This document shows, piece after piece, positions 56,167 to 64,000 of a stretch of 64,000 nt of DNA. The position numbers and the translations under genes are program-made. The DNA is from Haliotis rufescens (Eukaryota). The notes beneath the pieces are model-generated. The model did not search any database. It was not told the origin of the DNA and saw only the letters and a list, made by a program, of their open reading frames with translations. Location of the stretch: the NCBI RefSeq assembly GCF_023055435.1, contig NW_025964361.1:40486001-40550000 (forward strand). The letters run 5' to 3'. Every line of letters starts with the position of its first letter. Position 1 is the stretch's first letter.

Positions 56167-59100
56167 TGTAAGAGGTGTACATCTTCATGCAAGCTAATTG
56201 ATAAGGGATAGTGACCCAGTGGTCTAAGGTAACTGCAAAGAGTTGTGTCCCTTGTCTGCCAGGATGCGCTTATTGCTGGTTTCCAAATTAGCCCCGATTA
56301 TGGCCCGTGTGTTCTGTCGGCTCCAGCATACACATACGTCACTCTAGTATATGGTAAACATCTATCACACATTAAACACTGCCCATGCACCGTTGTATGA
56401 CAATGAATAAATGGCACACATTATTCAACAACAGACTATGAGGGAAGTAAAACTGCTTTGGTGTCCCCTTACACCACACTTGTATTTGATACGGGTTTTA
56501 CTGTTGTGTTTTGGACCTGAAGTTTGCACCTAAGAAGATCCTTGTAAAATGGGTCTTCATCAACCCATGGTTGTCGTGTGAGGCGACTAGCGGGATAAGA
56601 GTGTCAGGCTCGCTGACTTGGTTGATGCATGTCATCGTATCCCAAATGCGTGGATTAATGTTCATGATATCAATCACTGGATTGTCTGGTCCAGACTTGA
56701 TTATTGACAGACCGCCGTCATATAGCTGGAATATTGCATCTTCCCATAGCAAGAGAGTTAACTGGCTATAAAAGTCCAGTTTACGTGGAAACTGGCCTTC
56801 AAAAGTCAGTTAACTCTCTTGTTTCGGGAAGATTGGAATATTGCTGAGTGTGGCGTAAAACAAACAGGGCTGTGTTACGGCGATTTTTTTCAGTCTGACG
56901 TTTTGATAACGTTTGTAAATTGTTTGGTCACATTTCATGGTGTGAATCTTCTTTTTGACCGGCAGTTTACGTTGACAACATAGATGTTGTTTCTTATCAC
57001 CGATCCATAATGTTTAGAAAATCGGCATGAGAAACAATAACTATATTTATGTCTCCTGTGATCATCCAGCTATGTGACGTGTGAAAAAAATAAAATTTAA
57101 GAAAAAAATCCCTGTGGTTCATGAAAACCGCTGCTGCAGTCATGAAGTGGTTGCACGTCACGAACATAGCCCTGAGTTACTGTTCTATTACGTACTTGTG
57201 TGTGATTAGCATGTATCTCATTCGTTTCACACACATGCATTGTCAGGCTCAGATTATCGGGTGTAAACGAACTGTACACAAATCACCAAACCATTACCGG
57301 CCCCTGATAAGATGGGCCACCATGCCACTATCTTACACAGCCTTGGAAAGCCAAGCAGGCAGACAGTCGTAGTACCGTATTCACCGTAAAAGCGATTGCG
57401 AACAAACTTAGTTCAAACGTCGAGGAAACTAAACCTTTTTTGATAAATGCTCCTGGGAAATGATATGACATTTCTACACTGCTATGTTTTCTGCAAAGAC
57501 ATCTGTAACATACACATCAAAATAAGGAATGTTGTTTAAATGTGCGGGCCTTGTAGGGTGGGGGTGGGGGTGGGGGTGGGGGGTAGCATAGTGGTTAAAG
57601 TGTTCTCTCGTCACGCTGAAGGCCCGGGTTCAATTCCCCGAATGGGTACAATGTGTGAAGCCCATATCTGGTGTTCCTCGCTGTGGTATGCTTGAATATT
57701 GCTTAAAGCGGCGTAAAATCCAACTCACTCATTCACCTTAGTGTTCGGTCAACCTAGGACGTTGATCATGCTTTCAGCCACTAGTTTACCTGACCCATAT
57801 TACAAGCCGCCGTGACATATACTGCCGGGCAAAAGAAAGTATACACTTGACAATTTGATTGAACCAAACAATTATAAACGTTACTAGGCTGAAAACAGTC
57901 GCATTAGTGAGATACTCATTGATAAATGCATGTAATATCGCCTGTTACCCGAATCAAACACATCACCATCGAATAACAATTTCTTGTTTTAGCATCTTTA
58001 GCCACCATCAGACGTGGGTGTATGCTTTCTTTTGTCCGGTAGTTTAGTTGGCATATTGCATTGGCTAAAACAACAAACTCTGCGGGTTTATAAGCAGGCA
58101 TACGGTACCGGTCACCAGTTGTTATGGGAGCCGTGATATGTTATAATCCCTATGTGCGACATGAACTTGATATACGTCCAACTACCAAGAATGACATATT
58201 GATAAACCAGGCGCTCCACACAGCAGAATAATACAGTTACTGACTTAACCAATGCATAGAATGTTGTCGACGGTACTGACGGATAAACTACCAGCTCAAC
58301 AGTAGCGAATAGTGATATAGTCGCAGGGATTATTACTGCCAGAATGTAGTCGACCTGAATGAACACGAAGGACATTGTATACGAGAGTGGGATATCCACT
58401 GTATTGCAGTCTTTGAGTGGGATCTTGCTATAGAGGGAATTTCACCCGAGTTTCTTTTGATATTAAATATATCAACACGAGTTTATAAAAGGCTTAGCTA
58501 TTTTGGTTTATAACAAAGCTTCTGTTTATCATCCTAAATTATTCTTCCAACTTCTGCAGCTTGTAACCAGTGCCTTGAGTGTAAAAGGTGCTAACCAGCG
58601 TCAGTGGCAGAGGGATTTAATAGTCACGGATTTCAGTCATTGTGACGTCATGGTAACGATGACGTCACAATAGTCTGCAAAGCATAGTGATGCAATTTCA
58701 TTGTAGCGATATCTCCCAAGGCTCGCTAAATACAATGTTTATTCCTAATACAGGATATTTACCACCCCCAAACACACAAGCGTGATAACCTCTTTATCAT
58801 ATAATGTCATTCTTTAATTCTGTGCTTCAAAATCGCTTTCCTCTCTCTCACAAACATTACCGAAACATTGCGAGTTTTCCTGGAATGCGCGCATTAATAT
58901 TTATTACGTCACAGGGTAAGTGATGTGTCAGTCGGACAGGGACAGTAGCCAATATAGTTCCAACTGAAATCTCTTTCTTATACCGTGGCGAAGCAACATA
59001 TGCGCAAAACAACAATTGTTCTTAATTGCCTTTCGCGGCAATCCATCGGTCTGTCCGCTAGAGTAACTGCCCTTTGTCATAGGGTAGCTACTCTAATCCT

Positions 59101-61987
59101 AGTCTATGAGACGTCACGGCCACGGTCAGACGTTGTTGACAGTCGGTCTGTCCTATCATAACGTTAAGAAGTGTAGTCAGATGTACACACAGCGACAAAA
59201 CCAAACAAGGTAACAATTCAAGCATATTTCGGCCAAATCCAACTATTTTAATTTGTGGAGAAAGGTTCAAGCCGAGAGGTCTACAAGTACAGATATGGCT
59301 ACTGATCCCGCTTGGCTTGGCCTGGAGCCCTCGCAAAATTGTGTCGAAGTTTATATCTCCAAAGTTGCCCAAACTTATAAAATGCCTTAGCTACGTTACA
59401 GTTAGACACTGATTTTCAGTATATTAGACTGTTCTTTTGATAATGAAAGCAAATATCTCTGTAGTTTATCCAGATTCCCGATGGTGACGTCGTGTCTAGT
59501 GTGACGTCATTCCGACACTGTTGTCTCGCGACGTGATGTTTGTTTGTATAGTTTGTTTGTTTATTGTTTAACGCCGCACTCAGCAATATTCCAGCTATAT
59601 CACGGCGGTCTGTAAATAATCACGTCTGGACCAGACAATCCAGTGATTGACATCATAAGCATCGATCTACGCAATTGGGATACGACGACAAGCATCAACC
59701 AAGTCAGCAAGCAAGACCACCCGATCCCGTTAGTCGCCTCTTACGACAAGCATCAACCAAGTCAGCAAGCAAGACCACCCGATCCCGTTAGTCGGGTGGT
59801 CTTGCTTGCTGACTTGGTTGATGATTGTCATCGTATCCCAATTGACGATATATGACCCTTGGGCACATATGATTTTAATTAACCCCGATAGTAGATGTTT
59901 GCCCTCGTAGGTAATAAATACAGAATACTACTTTCATTTTCGTTAGATACCATTTTTTACGAAACGAGTGGACTTTCTATGGCATCTGACCGAGCGAAAG
60001 CCTATATTTAGGCACTGGTATTTAATTTACGACAGCTTGCAGCGGAGCAAACGACTACCATTGTCGGAGTAAGACTGCTGAATTGGCAGAACTACCACTC
60101 ATCTTTCTTTGGCAATTAATACTCAAGTTTTATTGATATTAAACTAACATTTTGCAGGTTTCACAAAGAACACAGCATGTACAGTTGCCATCACTTTGAG
60201 TTATCAAGTGGTTGTCTGTTACACTTATAATGTTTTCACACGGCAATACATTTTCATATCTCTTAGTTATATAGGGCGATGGGGTAGCCTAGTGGTTAAA
60301 GCGTTCGCTCGTCACCCCGAGGACCCGGTTTCGATTCCCGACATGGGTACAATGTGTGAAGCCCATCTTTGATGTTCCCGTTGTGATATTGCTGAAACAT
60401 TGCTGAAGGCGGCGTAAAACCATACTCACTCACTCTTAGTTCGACCCAGTTTTTCCAGCGTTCGAAACCAGTTCTAATTGTCTATACTTCATTGGTTTCG
60501 CTGGTGTGGCACAGGATCAAATGACTAATATGTCTCTTTGTGGACACAGTATTATCACTTGATGACAACTAAAGGTGTTATATGTACATGCTGTATTCTT
60601 CCCTGCAAAATGTTGGTTTAACATCAATAAAATTTGTATGTTTATAAATACTCCAAGACAAAACTTCTTCACACATATTCAAAACAAAATGTACTATAAA
60701 CAAGGGTTAAAGGCACAGTCTCCTGGTCGCACAATGTTATATTGACGGTACCTGATGGAACTGCTTGTTAACAGCAGTATTGGCCACAGTGAATGAGTGA
60801 GTGAGTATGGTTTTACGCCGCTTTTAGCAATATTCCAGCAATATCACGGCGGGGGACACCAGAAATGGGCTTCACACATTGTACCCATGTCGGGAACCAA
60901 ACCCGGATCTTCGCAGTGACGAGCGAACGCTTTAACCACTAGGCTACCCGACCGCCCCTATTGGCCACAGTGATTAACTCAGATCTCACAACACAGATAA
61001 CCTTGTGTGAACCGCTGAGCGTGTTTACCACGTGCACCTAAATGTTCAGTGAAGCCTACTGTGATCTACTCACCGATGAACGACTTAACTTAGATCTACA
61101 CTGATCAACCTTGATTGAATATGCTTATAGTAGTTATAACCCTTGTCCGAATACTGTTCGTTCTTGACCTTATATTGCCGTGCCTGTGGGATTCAGCACA
61201 GCCGTAAACTCCAAGATCGGCATCACTATAGTCTTTCCTCTTACATCACGCTTACTCGTGAATTAGGGGCGGTCGGGTAGCCTAGTGGTTAAAGCGTTCG
61301 CTCGACACGCCGAAGACCCGGGTTCGATTCCCGACATGGGTACAATGCCCATTTCTGGTGTCCCCCGCCGTGATATTGCTGGAATATTGCTAAAAGCGGC
61401 GTAAAACCATACTCACTCACTACTCGTTTAATAGGTAAAATACTGTTCAAAGCGCCGTTCTTGACCACCTTTGACCAACTATTAATGTTGATTGACTATT
61501 AACGAGTAATGACATTGATTCGCTATTGATGAGAAAGAATTCCGTGTATGGAGAAAGAACTATACAAAATTGCGAAACGGTTTAGATAAGCACTCAACAT
61601 GGCTTACATTTGCATTACCTATTTTAGTATATAATACTGTGCTTACCCAGCATTGGTCTACATTAACAAGGGGCAAATGTGTAGCAATTGGCTATGCAGA
61701 GTTGCGTCGCTTTGGGCTTGCCAGGATTCGATGATCAAACCCGCCGTTATATACACCCTTGGTTATAACAGTCACGTCAAATCCTGACACTTAATATGAT
61801 ATTACTGAAAAATTTATTTTCGGGCGTACACCCCACTCACTCACAGTTTAGGTCAGTTTCTGCTATGGCTTACCTTGGTCTCAATACTGAAGGTTTTGCT
61901 CAAATATTCCGTCAACTTGCTGAGGAACTCCTTTTGAATAGACTTGGTATGGACGTTTGTTCTCATTACCATGGCAACAGCCGACAT
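54832..61987 (-). CDS. MIF / D-dopachrome tautomerase family protein, 109 aa, 3 exons (61987-61874, 55829-55654, 54871-54832)
   Basis: MSAVAMVMRTNVHTKSIQKEFLSKLTEYLSKTFSIETK|NVTLELHLEAQMMRAGSTAPMMNIDLHHNSNRASQEHKPELATDIAKFISAQIRIPEDR|ILVLFFDTRKCT*. The TNV, FLSxLT, GSxxP and IxxDRI motifs and the intron phases (0, then 2 within Arg) match MIF/DDT gene structure. All splice sites are canonical. Confidence 0.88.
55200..55660. repeat. Tandem repeat of about 50 bp in MIF-like intron 2
   Basis: Recurring GCAGTTGA...ACAAGCTCACCTG. Confidence 0.85.
55654..55829 (-). CDS. MIF-like exon 2
   Basis: tgtttag acceptor, CAG|gtgagc donor, 176 nt open frame. Confidence 0.9.
55873..56162 (+). mobile_element. 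SINE family B, 3'-truncated at (CA)n
   Basis: Homologous to the other family B copies. Confidence 0.88.
56738..56833. mobile_element. 96-bp palindromic insertion with an 11-bp flanking duplication
   Basis: ATCTTCCC...GGGAAGAT foldback, flanked by TGGAATATTGC at 56727-56737 and 56834-56844. Confidence 0.8.
57820..58044. mobile_element. Tc1/mariner-type MITE
   Basis: Inverted termini of about 26 bp (actgccgggcaaaagaaagtatacac), flanked by TA. Confidence 0.7.
60274..60434 (+). mobile_element. SINE family A
   Basis: Full head and ACTC tail. Confidence 0.9.
60793..60958 (-). mobile_element. SINE family A with 15-bp TSD
   Basis: TSD tattggccacagtga at 60778-60792 and 60959-60973. Confidence 0.94.
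61266..61421 (+). mobile_element. SINE family A
   Basis: Near-consensus copy with a small internal deletion. Confidence 0.9.
61874..61987 (-). CDS. MIF-like exon 1
   Basis: ATG at 61987-61985, AAG|gtaagc donor, 114 nt. Confidence 0.87.
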
Positions 61988-63377
61988 ATTGCTAGTTGAC
62001 GTCGAACACTGGTTTGCGGCTCCGGGAGGGAAGGGAATTGTAAACTGGATGATTCACACACCGGGCGCCAGATCACGCCGTTGACCTCCGTGACAACGAT
62101 GCAAACAGAAAGAATGTCGTCAACGTCAACCACGAGATATGTCGCAGTGATTGATTGATATTGATATATTTAACAACTATAATGTCGTGGTCGTGTTTGA
62201 TTAGTACATAGAAGTCTGTCACCTTAAAATAAATCCGAACGTAAATATTGCCTTGAGACCCAGCTGATTCTCTCCTTCAGAAATGAGCTTTATAATCTCG
62301 TTTGTATTGAACAGATCCGAGCCTCATTGGAATTTTCGTTGCGTGAGTAGCTAAAGAAACTTAAGGAGTTTATAGAGTCATTTCGTCTTATCGGAAATTA
62401 GCAATGTCATAGGAATTGCTGTGATTTTAGTTCTTCACTAAATACACTTATTCCACAATCATGAAAGATCACCCCAACCGCTGATTATTGATCTGTTAAA
62501 TCCGAAAATCTCTCACCATGAAGTAACGGTACTTGTCTTGTATACAGGTGGTATCCCATTCAACGGTACACCACGACCAGGCTGTTCTACTTCACCCGTG
62601 TTCTGACACGGAGGGGCATAAACCGCCTGGGTCTTTAGATGTGTCACGTGACAAGAAAGCCTGCACGAACGTCTCGTGTCATGTAGATCACATAGGTAAA
62701 CTTGGAGTAGCCAGGAACGCTGCTACCTGAGACGGGCCTTGCACCTGTTCGTTACAGGGTACATGTGGGGAGCGTCTCAATATTTTGAAATCAATTTTGC
62801 CAGTTTGTTAACGTCACTGTAGGGTTTAATTTAAAATATGACAATCAATGACCACTTGCTCATTTACAAGATATGTTGTTGCTATATGGTTGCTAAATTC
62901 TTTTAAGCCGCAGTCAGCAATATTTCAGCTATACACGGCGGATTGGAAATACTAGAGTGAGTGAGTCGGGTTTATCGCTGTTTTGAAAAGTATTCCAGTT
63001 GTGTCATGGCGGATGCAGGTCACTAACGTTTACCACGGACCACTCACTCACCCAGCCACTCACTCACTTACTCACCCACCCAGTCACTCACTCACTCAAA
63101 CCAACCAACCAAACAACGATGGGTATGGCGATGAAAACCCTATAAACATAGTCGGGACGAACCGGGATTCGAACTTACAATCATAGGTTTCTGGCGTGCC
63201 AAAGTGACTCTGCACTGCGTATTGCTGCGCCTTAGACGACTGGGCCACCCGTTCTGCCTGCACAGATTCGAATATGGATTAGTTCACTTCACCAGTGGTT
63301 TCATGGGAATTCCCACGAGGTAGTTGTGTTATTTGAAGAAGTTCAAAATACATACTGCTGCTCGTTGTTTCTTTCTG

Positions 63378-64000
63378 AATGTGAAGCATTATTCACCCGT
63401 TTGTGAAGCATTACACACCCGTTTCGAGCATTATTCACCCACAGTGAAGCATTATTCACCCGCCCTTGTAGCATTGTATATCCGTTTGTGAAGCATTATT
63501 CACCTGCCCTTGCAGCATTGTATATCCGTTTGTGAAGCATTATTCACCTGCCCTTGCAGCATTGTATATCCGTTTGTGAAGCATTATTCTCCCGCCAGCG
63601 AAACATTATTCACCCGCCCATGAAGCATTGTGTATCCGTTTGTGAAACATTATTCTCCCGCCAGCGAAACATTATTCACCCGCCAAGAAGCATTGTGTAT
63701 CCGTTTGTGAAGCATTATTCTCCCGTCAGTGAAGCATTAATCTTTCGTTCGTGAAGCATTATTCGCCCTCTCGTGAAACAATAATCATTCGTTTTTGAAA
63801 CATTATTCGCCCTCTCGTGAAACAATAATCATTCGTTTGTGAAACATTATTCAACCGCCAGTGAAACATTACTCACTCGTTCATGCAGCAATATTCACCC
63901 GCATTATTTGCCCTTTCATGAAGCATTATTTTCCCATTCGTGAAACACCATCCACCCGCCAGTGAAAAAATATTCATCCGTTCGTGAAGAATTCTTAACC
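63378..64000. repeat. Minisatellite of about 22 bp (GTGAAGCATTATTCACCCG core), continuing off the window
   Basis: Many degenerate copies with 44-bp and 65-bp higher-order periods. Confidence 0.9.

Noticed and set aside
58420-59520. Palindromic CpG-rich stretches (also about 40960-41570 and 44590-45100) and ORF 59088-59372
   Set aside because: Probably remnants of non-autonomous DNA elements; boundaries and family could not be supported
62549-62694. Possible plus-strand exon of a divergent gene
   Set aside because: Splice sites are plausible but no frame gives a recognisable protein and no partner exon was found

Overview
Animal genomic DNA. The SINE repertoire suggests a mollusc, probably a gastropod such as abalone (inference). 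The + strand from 54 to 48426 carries the 3' roughly three quarters of THOC2 (THO/TREX complex subunit 2). I traced 31 coding exons by hand with consistent phases (3555 nt, about 1184 aa plus stop), including two U12-type GT-AG introns (3545-4006 and 47533-48404). Intron 9304-16279 holds a complete 6.25-kb DIRS1-type tyrosine-recombinase retrotransposon with near-identical inverted termini and a perfect ICR but disabled gag, RT, RNase H, MT and YR frames. The region after exon 26269-26312 contains alternative donors, two candidate alternative-last or poison exons, and a composite 28/38-bp minisatellite block. On the - strand, tail-to-tail with THOC2, is a three-exon MIF/D-dopachrome-tautomerase-family gene (61987 to 54832, 109 aa) that lacks the catalytic Pro1. 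The ORF track misses it. Introns contain four SINE-like families with a shared 3' tail, one of which has a covarying pseudoknot-like 5' module, plus Helentron-type HINEs, MITEs and tandem repeats. All homology calls are from memory; no database search was run.
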